NCBI GenBank assembly: GCA_000004695.1 | Contig: CM000152.2 | Location: 2,400,001-2,464,000, forward strand | Reading direction: 5' to 3' | DNA: 64,000 nucleotides | Source of the DNA: Dictyostelium discoideum | Lineage: Eukaryota | In this document: positions 11,509 to 26,970 of the stretch, one piece after another | How positions within the stretch are numbered: position 1 is the first letter of the stretch | How the letters are laid out: the number at the start of each line of letters is the position of its first letter | The notes under the pieces: model-generated | Told to the model about the DNA's origin: nothing | Databases searched by the model: none | Seen by the model: the letters and a program-made list of their open reading frames with translations, nothing else | Made by a program: the position numbers and the translations under genes

Positions 11509-12162
11509 ATGGGAATTAAGTTTAACTTGTATCAAATAATATTTAAAATATTATTAAATGGTTTTTCAAAAAAACAAAAAGATCTTTATGAAAATTCAAC
11601 AACCAATGGAGGTAGTGAGTTTAATGATGAGATTATTGAAGAATTTAGTAGTCAAGAGTTAAAAGAGAGAGGTCAATTAAAACAAAAGGATAAATCAACA
11701 CCATCATCATCAACAAATATTGAAAGCCTACAATTACTTCAAAATATACTAATTTCAAATGAATTTATATGGGAATGGGAAGATTTTTTTCAATTTTTAA
11801 ATTCAACAGAATATGAAAGTAATCATCACAACTACCATAACAATAATATTATTGAAACAAGAAATAGTTCAAATAAATTTTATATTTTAACATTTAAAGA
11901 AGAGTTACAAATTGAATTATTAAATTGGTTTCTTGTATTATTAAATAGCTTTGATAGTGAAAATACTCCATCAACTATTTTAGTGATACCAAAATTATCT
12001 TTAAAGAATTGGTTATTGAATACCTATATTCAAGATTTAATAGGATACAGTACATACTCTTCAAATCATTTTATTAGTTTTATCGTTGATTCATTACTTT
12101 CAACAATCGATTTTCATTTGGATATTAGTATAAATCAAAATTATGAAAATAGAAAACTATCC

Positions 12163-12223
<61 letters not shown>

Positions 12224-14036
12224 TTAATAATATTAATAATGATAATAATAATCAATCATTCAATCTATATTATCCATTTACAACTTTTTATAAAAAAGAT
12301 ATAGATGATGAAATTAATTTTGTAATTGATAGTATGAATAATTCAATAACTAAAAAAGAGAAAGATCAACAACAACAAGAGCATCAAGAACCATTTAATT
12401 CGTATCTAAAGGGTTTTATTAAATCACAGTTTCAAAATAAATGGTGTGGTAGTTTATTGACACCATACAAAGCATTACAACAACAACAACAACAATCAAT
12501 TGGTAATCAAGATATAGAGGGCATTAATAATGATCAAATAATCGATTTGATGAATGATGATCAAGATGAAGATGAAAGTTTTAATCAGCATTTACAAGAT
12601 TGGTCAATTCAATTCCAAACATTATTACCAGAATTCACTAATTTCACAGAGAAAGAGGGTATCACAGATAGTAGTCACCTATTCAATCCTTTTACATTTT
12701 CTCAAACTGATCAAAATTCATTAAGTCAGGGCAGTCAATCAAATAAATCACAAGAAAACAATGAAAATCATTCAAAAACAATCATATCAAAAGCAGCAAC
12801 GATAACAACAGCAGAGATAGCAACATCTAAAACAAAAGATCAGAAAGAAAAAATTAAAGCAACATCAAAAACAACAACAACAACAACAACAACAACTACA
12901 ACAACAGCAACAACATCATCGAAACAATTGGAGAATGAAGAGATATCAAGTATTTTAGCAATTCATTCATTTTTCACAAGTGGTGAAGCATTAAAATCAA
13001 TATCTATGGTAACAAACTTTGATGAAGATAATTTTGATCCTTTAACTCAAAATTCATCAACAAATGTATCTTCCATATCATCCTTAATAAAACCATTGCT
13101 ATCAATATCAAATATAAATGAAGCCATTAGATTATTAGAGGTACACACTTACACAGAGGATAAATTTATATCATTTTTCAAAGAGATTATATCTTTAGAT
13201 TTTAGTTATTTATCAATTTATCAATATTTTTCATTACTAATTTTACCTAAAGTAATTATAATAATTATTATAAATATTTCAATTAGGTTAAATATTTTAA
13301 TAACATTTACTAATTTCATTTTTTTTTTTTTTTAAATAATAATAATAAAAAGATTAGAGAATTAAAAGAAATAGGTAGAGGTATGGTTGATTTATTGACA
13401 GAATGTTTCTTAAAACATCAATCAGCTTTTATTCAATCGATAATGGTCCCTTTAATTTTGGAGAGACCAACAGAGTTTCAAAATCACCATTTAAATTTAG
13501 TAAAGAAATTAATATCACACAAAGATATTTCATTGGATATTAAAACTCAATTCTTTTCAGCTTTAGTATCTTCAACACTCAATCAAACACAATTCACTTG
13601 GAATCAAAATATAATCTCTGTTTTCTCTACTCTTATTGGTTTAAAATTAGTTTTAAATGAAAAAGTAGGTATTATAATATTATTACTTTTATTATTATTA
13701 TTATTATTATTTATTTATTTACATTACTAAAATAATTCTATTTTTAGATTATTACAGATTTTATAGATAATTTATTATTACAATCAAAATTATTATCAAA
13801 AGATTCAAATTTCTTTAATCTAGTACACAGGTTTATGAGTTCTTATATTAAAAATGTAAATATTTTAATTTTTAATTTATTATTTTTCCTAAATTATTCT
13901 TTTTTTTACTAATTTTATCTTTTTTTAATCTTAGTTAAAGCAATTTGAAAATAAACTTAATCAAGTCGTTTCAAATATAGATTTACCAACTGCAAAAGCT
14001 TTAGTTGCAATATTAAGTAAAATAAAATCTAGTTGA
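11509..14036 (+). CDS. Hypothetical protein, 4 exons (11509..13251, 13353..13664, 13748..13855, 13935..14036). No recognisable domain
   Basis: The long ORF continues in frame across three short AT-rich introns with GTAATT/GTAGGT/GTAAAT donors and ...tag/ttag acceptors. Each read-through gives poly-I/L junk. Stop at TGA 14034-14036. The start is uncertain: the first in-frame ATG is at 11509 and the ORF-track start at 11461 is TTG. Confidence 0.5.
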
Positions 14037-14161
14037 AAAAAAAAAATAAAAAAAAAAATGAAATAAAAAAACACTTTTTTTTTTTATTAGTTATAAATAT
14101 ATATATATTTGATTTTTATTATGGATCCTTTAGAAACAAACAAAAAAAAAAAATAATAATC

Positions 14162-15887
<1,726 letters not shown>

Positions 15888-16615
15888 TTTTTTTCAATTT
15901 AAAAAATTAATAATATAATAATTAAAAATTTATATTTAAAATTTTTAAAAAATTATTAATAAAATATAAAAAAAAAAAATGTATTGTTTGATTAGTTATC
16001 TACAACATTTAATGAGGAAAGAAAAAATAAATTAAAAAAAAAAAATAAAAAAAAGTAAAAAATATAAAAAATAAATAAAAAAAAGGGGTTTGTGTGGTGT
16101 GAATGTGTTGTGTGCTTGATTTATGGAAATTACACACAAAATAATAAATCCAATTAAATTAAAAATCAATATAATTTTTTTTTTTTTTTTTTTAAACTTA
16201 AATAGTATAGAGAAATCATAATATAGTTTTTTGGATTTACTTTTTTATGTATTTTTAGTTTTTTATTTAATTATTTATTTTATTTATTATTTTATTTTTT
16301 TTATACAGTTTTTATATTTTATTATTTTTATTTTTTTTTTTTTCTTTTTTTTTTTTCTTTTTTTTTTATTTTTTTTTTTTTTTTTTATATATGTGATTTT
16401 GAATTTGTTTACTTATTTATTATTGTTACTTATTATTACAAAGCTTTATACAGTATATGTGTTTTTTATATTTTTTTTTTTTCTAATCTTTTTTTTATAT
16501 ATTATGACAAGGAAAAAAAAGAAATAAAAAAAGAGTAATATTATTTTTAAGATTATTATGATTATGATTATGAGTATTATATGTTATATAAATCGATCGG
16601 AGAAAGAAATATTAT

Positions 16616-16653
<38 letters not shown>

Positions 16654-16667
16654 ATTATTTGATTTGA

Positions 16668-17530
16668 TTATTGATCTTCATCAATGTACAATTCAGAATC
16701 ATTAGAGTTAAACAAAGAACTATGATGTTGTTTGCTATGGTTATTTTTATAAGTAGTGGAGGATTTAATTGGAGAAGAGTTAACTAATGGACTATTTTGA
16801 CAACTATTATTTAAACTACGACTAGAGGTGGCACCAGAGTAATAGTCTGAACTTGAATTTCTCTTTTTTCTAATTTCAAGATCCATTTGAATATCAAGTG
16901 ATGGTGAATTCAAAATTGAAGGAGATGAAGCTGACAAAGAAGATGAAGAAGTATGTGGGTCAATTGCAGAGAGTGATCTTTTTCTACCACCATTGCTAAT
17001 TGATATTTCATCAGAGAAAATTCTGGAATATAATTTTGAAGGGCTGGCAGAAGAGAGTATTAATGGAGAACCCAAAGTTGGAACGAATCCAGATGATGAT
17101 GATAATGGTGAGAGAGCACTGGAAGCTGGTGAAGCGCAATTTGAAGAGGAACCTTTTCTATTACCTTTTTGTGGTAATACCCATGGATCAACATTTTGTT
17201 TTAATCTCCAAAAGCCATTTTGTTTAAATTTATCCATACCAGATTCAAAAATATTTTTACTATGACTTAACATATCTTGGATTTGTTTATGCCAGTTGTC
17301 AGACTTTTTCTTGTTTAAGCATAGGATATCCCAATGGCCAGTCATAAAATCATATACATCAGTTTTTAATGAAAAGAATTGTTTATCTGGCATTTCATTA
17401 TGGAGAGTAAAGAATACAACACGCATTATACTTGCCCATGTTGGTGATTTAATTAATACTTCTGGTTGTCCTCTTAAACATAATAAACATTCATTTAATG
17501 TACATTGTATTGAATTATTATTATTATTGC

Positions 17531-17564
<34 letters not shown>

Positions 17565-17866
17565 TGATGAAAATAAGGTTGGTGAAGAACCACTATTAAT
17601 ATTTGGTGAGCTAATGGTACAAGATTTAAATGCACTGTTTAATGATGCAGATGACACATTTGGTGATGTTGATAATAAATTGGAATAACTTGTTGATGGT
17701 GAAATAGGGTTACCATTATAGTTATGAAATTTAATTGAATTATTATTATTATTATTATTATTATTATTTATATTATTATTATTATTATTATTATTTATAT
17801 TATTATTATTATTATTATTTATATTATTTATATTATTAATATTATTATTATTATTATTATTAAATA

Positions 17867-17904
<38 letters not shown>

Positions 17905-18257
17905 GTATTTTTATTTTTTGAAAAAGTTGGTGGTGATGAAGGAACTGAATGTGATGGCGATGAAGATAATATTGAACCAAAAGCATCAGAGGAGCTTCCT
18001 AAGAGAACGTCAGAAGAATTGGAAAGTGGTGAGGATGGAATCAAAGAATTCTTTGAAGAACCAAAAGAAAAGACCGTTGGAATTGGTGCTTCATTTGGAA
18101 CCTCTGGAAACAATGGGGAAGATGGCTTACTAATTGAATTCTGATTGATATTGCTACTTAGGATTGAATTATTTAAAGAGGACGATAATAAGGTTCTACT
18201 TGGAGATGAAGGAACAAAGTCAAATTCGTTATTATTATTATTATTATTATTATTATA

Positions 18258-18356
<99 letters not shown>

Positions 18357-18608
18357 ATTTTTAATTGACGAGATTATTGGTCTTGTAGTACTTAAAGATG
18401 GCAAAGAAGAAGATAATAAATTTGTGGTTGAATTGGATTTAGCAGTTTTTTTGAATGGAGAATCATTTGTATTTCCAATTCCATTTCCATTATGGTGTAA
18501 AATTCCACCAAATAAATTTGGACTTCCAACCAATATATTACTACCACTATTTTTAAAATTAAATAAAACTTGTGGTGCCAATTCTTCAATATTTTCTATA
18601 ATTTCCAT
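16668..18608 (-). CDS. Asn/Ser-rich hypothetical protein (646 aa) with a Cys-containing globular region near the C-terminal third
   Basis: Continuous ORF starting at ATG 18608. The globular block is CTLNECLLCLRGQPEVLIKSPTWASIMRVVFFTLHNEMPDKQFFSLKTDVYDFMTGHWDILCLNKKKSDNWHKQIQDMLSHSKNIFESGMDKFKQNGFWRLKQ and the rest is low complexity. Confidence 0.5.
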
Positions 18609-18779
18609 CTTTATTTTGGTTTTTTATTTTTTAAAAAAAAAAAAATTTTGGTTTGATTATTTTTTTATTTTTTAATTTTTTATTTTTTAATTTTTTTTTT
18701 TTTTTTTTATGAAAAAATTATTTGGAATTTTTAAATTAAATCTCTGTTTTGTATATCTTTATTTGGTACTATGAGTGGA

Positions 18780-18819
<40 letters not shown>

Positions 18820-19710
18820 TTAATATTATTTTTTATAAAAAAAAAAAAAAAAAAAAAATGATGTGTGGTTGAAAAAAAAAAAAAAAAATAAAAAAAAAAT
18901 AAAAAAAAAAAACTAAATTTTTTATATCTATAATTGATTCAATGGGGTAAAAAAAAAAAAAAAAAAATTAAAAAAATAACTATTAACTTTTTTTTTTTTT
19001 AATTTTTTTTTTTAAACAATTTTTTTTTTTTGTCGATTGTTTTTTTTTTTGTAGTTTTTTTTAATTTGGGGCTATTTTTGATTAAAATTTTCTTTTCAAT
19101 TTCAAAAGAAAAAAAAAAAAAAAAAAAAAAAAATAGTTGTGTGAAATCACCCACATATATTAAAAAAAAAAAAAAATAAAATAAAAAAAATTATTAAAAT
19201 TCTAAAAAAAAATTATTAAAATCCTAAAAAAAAAAAATAAATATAAAAATTACCTTTTGTTTTTAAAAAAAAAAAAAAAATAAAATAAAAAAATAGTTTT
19301 GTTGAATGGAGTGTTTATTTACGGGTGTGAGATATGCGAGTTGTTAAAAATAATATTTTCTAGGGTGGGCGTTTTTGGAATTGATGGAAAATAATTTCAA
19401 AAAAAAAAAAAATAGAAAGAGGTAAAAAAAAATAAAATAAAATAACAAACTAAAGTGACATTGGTTTTGGTGAAAAACTTTAAAGAAAAAAAAAAAAGAA
19501 ATAAAAAAAAAAATAAAATAAAATAAAATTAAGATAAAAAAAAATATGTTGATGGAAATAAAAAATAACGATAATAACTGGGTATTTATATGTATTTATT
19601 ATTTTATTTTATTTTTTTTGTAAAAATAATTGGAAAATTTTTATTTGGTAAAAAATAATACACGTATAAAAAGTAAAGATACGAGGATGATAAATAAACA
19701 ATAATAATAA

Positions 19711-19795
<85 letters not shown>

Positions 19796-20449
19796 AAAAT
19801 AATAAAAATAATAATAATATCAAAAATACTATAATTTAGGGATGATGGTGATGATGATAATTACTAGTATTATTTTTTGTCTGAATAAATAGGACGACGT
19901 TTATTGTTATTTGTACAAATATTGTTGTGATTTATGTTTATCTGTGTTGTTGGGTTTTTGGTGTTTTTAAAAGTTTAAAAAAAAAAAAAGAAAAAAAAAA
20001 AAGTGAATAAAAAAAAAAATAATAAAAAATAATAAAAAAAAAAATGAAATTAAAATAATGATAGTAGATATATATATGTATATAAATACATTGAAATAAC
20101 GAATAAATTAGTGTGGTGGGTGGTAATGTGTGGTCATTTTAATTGAAAGGGTGGGAAAAAAAAAAAATAATAATAATAAAAAAAAATTAAAAAATTAAAA
20201 AAAAAACAATTATTCAAAGTGATTCACAATAAAAAGAGGTTGTTAAGTTTAATTTACTGAAATACCATTCGTTTGGCTAGTGTGGTGTGAGTGTGGGTGT
20301 GGGTGTTTTTTTTTTTTTTTTTTTGTTATTTTTTTAATATTATTATTATTATTATTATTATTATTTTGATTCTTAGTGTTAAATTGGACAGATTAATGCA
20401 ATTATTCTTCGCAGAGTGGTTTAAGAAATTTTAATACACTGCAATTAAT

Positions 20450-20494
<45 letters not shown>

Positions 20495-20938
20495 CCATTT
20501 TTTTTTTTTTTTTTTTTTTTTATTCATTTATTTATTTATTTATTTATTTTATTTTATTTTTTAATTTTTTAATTTTTTTGGTTTCACAATGCACATAAAT
20601 AGATATATACATGAGTGAGTGGTTATATCAAAAGATACAGTTGGATGTGTTTTAATAAAATTTGCAAGATGTGGGTTTTTTTTTTTTAAAATTTTTTTTT
20701 TTTTTTTTTCTTTTAAATCTATCCAGAGCAAAAATGAATGATTTTTAAAACAATAATAAAAAAATCATTTATTGTTTTTATCGCCAATATTGAAACAATG
20801 TCCTAACAAGAATATCAAACGATTGGTTGAAAATAAAACACTAATAAAGTAAAGAGGAAAAAAAAAAAAAAAAAAAAAAAAAAACATGAAAAAAGATAAA
20901 AATAAAAACAAGACGAGCGAAAAAAAAAAAAAAACTAC

Positions 20939-20970
<32 letters not shown>

Positions 20971-21582
20971 AAAAATAAAAATAAAAATACTTATTGAATA
21001 AAAAAATAAAAAAATAAAAAAAATAGCTATTATAAAACTTACTTTTTTAAAATAAAATTAAACCAAATGTTTTCTTATTTACAGGTATTTTTAAATAGAA
21101 TGAAAAAATAAAAAAAAAATAATATACAAAACTAATTAATGATGATCAAAAACAAGTTGAATGATTGGTTGATTAAGAAGGTTGTGATTTATTATATAAT
21201 ACAGAGGGGTTGTTTTTTTTTTTTTTAAATTCACACCTTTTAATTTTTTTTTTTTTTTAAAAATTTTTTTTTTTTTTTTTTAATTTTAAAAAAGAGACAG
21301 GTTGAGCTTTCGTTTATTAATTCTGATAATAATAAAAATAATAATTTTCGTTTAAATTTATTGAGGGAATGTTTATTGGGTGGGGTGCATTAAAAAAAAA
21401 TAATAGAATGGCTCTTTTTTGAAAGAAGAAAAAAAAAAAAAAAAAAAAAAAGGTAACACACGAAATTTAACAAAAAAGAAAAAAATAAAATAAAATAAAA
21501 ATAAAAAATAATTAAAAAAAAAAAAAAAACTTTTTTTTTAATAATTGTATCTTAATGATCAGATTTTAATTGTAAATTACCA

Positions 21583-21613
<31 letters not shown>

Positions 21614-22067
21614 TTAAAAAAAAAAAAAAAATAAAAATAATTTTGATTTTTTGTGGCAATCAAAAAATATCGTGTGATTTCTTCTACTTTTGAGAATCTT
21701 TATGCCTATTGGCAAATTTTTTTTTTTTCGTTGAATTTTTTTTTTTATTATAATAAAATATTACTATATATGTAATTAATTAAAAATAGTAAAAGAAAAA
21801 ATTGAATATAGGGGTAGTTCAATATAATAAAATAAAAAAAAAAAAAAGAATAATTATATATAACAAAAAATTAATATTTGCAAAAAAGATATTTTACTAT
21901 TTTTCAAATTTTTTTATTTTCATTGTACAATCAAAAACAATGGGATTAATAGTAAGTGTTTAAAATTTTTTTTTTTTTTTAAATGGCAAGTATATTTTTT
22001 GAAAATGGAAAAAAAGAATTTTTTAAGATATTTTTTAATCAATTTTAATTTTTTTTATTTTTTTTTT

Positions 22068-22101
<34 letters not shown>

Positions 22102-22270
22102 AAAATTGTTTATTTATAGGGGCTGTAAATCACAAGGAGAGGGGGGGTCATAAAAATAACCAATCAGTGAACTAGCACTGAAAAATGGGTATTTATGCAT
22201 TCAATTTCGCTTAATCAATAAAAGATTTTTTTTTTATTTTATTACCTAAATAATAAATTACCTTAAAAAG

Positions 22271-22311
<41 letters not shown>

Positions 22312-22794
22312 TTATATTTCTAATTTTATTTTTATTATTTTTTTTTTTTTTTTTTAAATTTAAATTTTTATTTCTAATTTTATTCATCAAAAAAAAAATA
22401 AAAAAAACAAAATCTTTTATATTTCTCAACAGTTCTTTAAATAAACCAGTGATAATTAAATAATATTAAAATTATTTAATTAAAATAAAATATAATAGGT
22501 TTTAACCAAATTAGCCACTATTGTAAAGTGAGCTCAACGTGGCTCACTATACCATTATTGTTGTTTAAACCATAAAAAAAAAAAAAAAAAAATAAAAAAT
22601 AAAAAAAAAAAAAACTATTTTAAGAATTTCGCCATAGTAAATTTACAAAAAAAAAAAATCTCAAAATGATCATCTTTTTTTTTTTTTTTTTTTTAAAATT
22701 TATTTTCTATTTAATTTTTTTATTTTTAATTTTTATTTATTTTTTGTTTTATGTGCTTTGAAAAATAGTCACAAAAATAAACCATTTGTCGAAA

Positions 22795-22829
<35 letters not shown>

Positions 22830-22868
22830 TTATTTTATTTTATACTTAAAAAATTTGACATTTAGTGG

Positions 22869-22910
<42 letters not shown>

Positions 22911-23187
22911 TTTTAAAAAAAATATTTTTAATTATTTTTTTAAGTTTTTATTTACATTTTTATTCGAATTTTTTAAAAAAGAAATAAATAATAAATCTCC
23001 GAATAAACAAAATACTTTTTGAATGTAATAAATGAAGAATTCTTTTATCTTAATAAACACCAATTTCAAATTTGTATTCAAATATTAAATTTCTTTTTTC
23101 AAAAAAAATAATAAAATAAAAAAATAAAATTTTAAAAATAAAAAAATAAAACAATATTGCAAATAAATAATTTATTCTTATTTATTG

Positions 23188-23225
<38 letters not shown>

Positions 23226-23418
23226 ATTCAAACAAAAATAACTTTAATGTTTGAGAATAACCGACATCCATATTTGATTTTACACCCATCTATGTTATTA
23301 TCCAATTTTATATTTTGAGAAAAAAAAATAAAAAAAAAATAATAATATTGTGATCTAAGGTTTTCATAATTTTATTTTTTGAAAAAAAAAATTCTTTGTA
23401 TATTTTTGGAGAATTCCA

Positions 23419-23465
<47 letters not shown>

Positions 23466-24410
23466 ATAAATTTTTTGTGGAGGTTATTTTAAATATTATA
23501 TGATAATAGTTATTCCTTTAAAATCGCTTTTTTTTTTTTGAATTTTTTTTAAATTTTTTTTTTTTTTTTTTTTTGAATTTTAATTTTATTAAAAGTAATG
23601 GACCCAATAATTTGAGGATATTTTCAATCATTTTGATTATTAAATTTTTTTTTTTAAAAATTTTATTTTTTTTTATTTTTTTTTTTTTTTAAACACCCAC
23701 AAATCAAAAAAAAAAAAAAGAATTAAAATTATAAACGGCGAGAATTTATTGGGTTAAAATAATATCCAATTGACAATTTACTTTTAAACTAAAAAAGGAG
23801 TGGCTTTTTATAAATAAATTTTTTTGGGGAATCTCATTTTTTAAGCTAACTTATTATAACCAATTAAGGTAAAAACAAGAATGGGGCTTTGCACAACTAC
23901 CACCAATTTCAATTATTTTTTTTATTATATCACAAACAAAATTAACCATCACATCTGTTGCATACAATTTTTTTTTTATTATAATAATTTTCTTTAATTT
24001 TAAAATAATTTTTTTCCATACAAATTGATGAGAATTTTTTTTTTTTTTTTTTTTTTATTGTCGAAAAAAGATTGGTTATCACAAAAACACAGATTTATTT
24101 TTATATACACTTAAATTCAGATCACATTTTCTTTTTATGTACATTTTCAAAATAATATATATATATAATATTTTTCAGTAAAATATCATCTTCAATAAAA
24201 TTTAATATTATTTCTAAAATTTTTTAATTTTTTTTTTTTTTTTATTTTATTTTTTTTTTTTCTATTTTATACTTTTTTTTTTTAATTTTTTTTTTTTTAT
24301 TATTATAAATTAAATTAAATTTTTCTTTTCTATTCAATTTTTTTATTTATATCCATTTTTTTTTTTATTATTTAATAAAAAAATAAAATTATTTAATTAA
24401 AAAAAAAAAA

Positions 24411-24447
<37 letters not shown>

Positions 24448-24451
<4 letters not shown>

Positions 24452-24744
24452 AAAACACATTGTCAAAAATATTAAATTTTGAAAATAAAAATATAAACTG
24501 TAATAATAGTAATAATAATAATAATTATAAAAATAATAATAAAAATATTAATAATAGTTATAATAATTATAATAATATTTGTTTAGCAGACATAAAATCC
24601 GAAGTAGATTATTATTCATATAATAACAAACCAAACCTAAGGGTTTTAACAAGCTCCCCCTTACCACAGTATTCTCCAAAGAATACAACACCTTTATCTT
24701 CTCCATCTGATTGCCCAAATGATAAACTATTATTATCATATTTA

Positions 24745-24838
<94 letters not shown>

Positions 24839-25319
24839 GTAATAATTACAGTAATAATAATAATTTAAAATTCCAAAATGTAAATAATGATTTATTAAAT
24901 AGTAGTACAAATACAACACCAACCAAAATTCCAATAAATCTTTTTTTAAATCCTCTAATAAATGTAAATGAAAATTGTCCAACTAAATCTCTAGATGATG
25001 AACCTGTAAAAAAGAAATTAAAACCAGATTTTAAACCAGATGTAAATATTAAATATATTCAATTTGAATTTGATCAAACTCCTTTATTTATTGCATCATT
25101 TCATAATAATACTCAAAGTTTAAGAAATATGATTCATGTTGGTACTGATCTAAATCATCAATGTAGAAAAAAAGGTTGGTCTCCATTGATGTATGCTGCT
25201 CAAGAAAATAATTTTGAAATTATTGATCAAATATTATCAACAGGGTAAATATAATAATTATAATAATAAAAAAAAAAAAAAAAATATATATATTAATTAT
25301 TTATTAATTTAATTTTTAA

Positions 25320-25364
<45 letters not shown>

Positions 25365-26058
25365 GTTATTATTAGATGTACAAAAATTGATGCAGTTAAT
25401 TTAGAAGGTAATACAGCATTATATATTGCATGTTTAAATTCAAAAGTTAAAATTGTAAATAGATTATTAATTTCAGGATCAAATGTAAATATTCAAAATA
25501 AAGTTGGTTGTACACCATTAATGATATCTTCATCAATTGGAAATAAAGAAATTATTAAATTACTAATATCATATGGTGCTCAAGTTAATAAAACTGATAA
25601 TCATGGTTATAATGCATTAATGTATTGTTTAATCTACGGTTACAATTTAAAAAATTTAACAAATTATTGTAATGGTACTACTATCAACGAAACTGATAAT
25701 ATTAATATTAATAAAACCAAAATTATAAATATCTTAATTAAACAAGGTTCAAAATTAAACCAAATTTCAAAAGATGAATGGACACCACTAAAATTAGCAA
25801 TTAAACATTGTTTAAACATTGATTCAATTAAACCATTAATACACAATTGTAACTCTTTCAATGATGAATCATTTATTGACTCTCAAGGTTGGACTCCAAT
25901 TAAAATAGCAATAAGATATTCACCAATCAATATCATAGATTTCATATTATCATCTTATCCAAATTATATAAATCAAAAAAATGATTTACTAGATTATTTT
26001 AAATTAGCAATACAATTTAGATCAATTGAAGTATTCATTTATCTATATAATTTATTTT

Positions 26059-26105
<47 letters not shown>

Positions 26106-26258
26106 TGTAATAATAATTTTAAAGATATTTTTAACAAAAAAGATATCGATTTTTTAAATTCATTAGCTAATGAATATAGTAATAATAGTAATAATATAAA
26201 TTGTAATAATAGTGACACTTTTAAAATACAAGAGTATTTAAATAAACTTTTAGAATAA
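24448..26258 (+). CDS. Ankyrin-repeat protein, 2 exons (24448..25244, 25376..26258)
   Basis: Exon 1 ends ...IIDQILSTG with donor GTAAAT at 25245. The 131-bp intron contains (ATT)n and the acceptor is ...attag at 25374-25375. Exon 2 has several ANK repeats (G-TPLM-A---G---IIKLLISYGAQVN). N-terminal poly-Asn. Confidence 0.7.
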
Positions 26259-26330
26259 ATTAAAATTTTAATGAATAAAACTTTTATTTAAAATGTGTAT
26301 TTAAATATTCTATTATTATTATTAAATTGT

Positions 26331-26935
26331 TTAAATATATTCATAACTAAGATTATCACTACTTGAAGTATCGTTCCATTGAATTGCAAATAAACTTGTA
26401 CCAACAAAATATTGTTCAATATTTGAGACTGAAATGAATTGATCACCAAATTGATAATTTGATAAATAGTTATCAATTAAAGGATATGTTGTAAATGTTG
26501 GAACTATATGATAATCTGATTGAAAATTACCTTGAATATGTAATGAGGTAAAAGTTGAAGAAGAATCGAAAACATTATCAAAACAACTATTTGGATCATT
26601 TGAAGCACAAATTGAAGCACTACAAAGTTGAGAATTAAAGAAATCATTAAAATTACCATTAAAACTAACCAATGAATATAAAAGACGATTCTTATCGATT
26701 CTATCACTTGTACTATAGGTAAAAGTACATGAAAAACCATTATTTTCACTAATTATAGTTTTATTAACTTGATTTTCACTAATTAAAAATGGTATAATAG
26801 TTGCATTAATACTAGTTGGTGTCTTGACATCATTTAAATTAACACCATCACCATCATATTGTTTAAATGGTTTATAATTAACAAAATCTATTGCTTCAAT
26901 ACCTGAATTAATTTTATTATTTGATGAAGACGACT

Positions 26936-26970
<35 letters not shown>

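Noticed and set aside
19139-19150. Second DUSE-like match (cacccacata)
   Set aside because: It fails the consensus at the last two positions ([A/T]CCCA[C/T]AA requires AA) and there is no downstream TATA or T-run at appropriate spacing.
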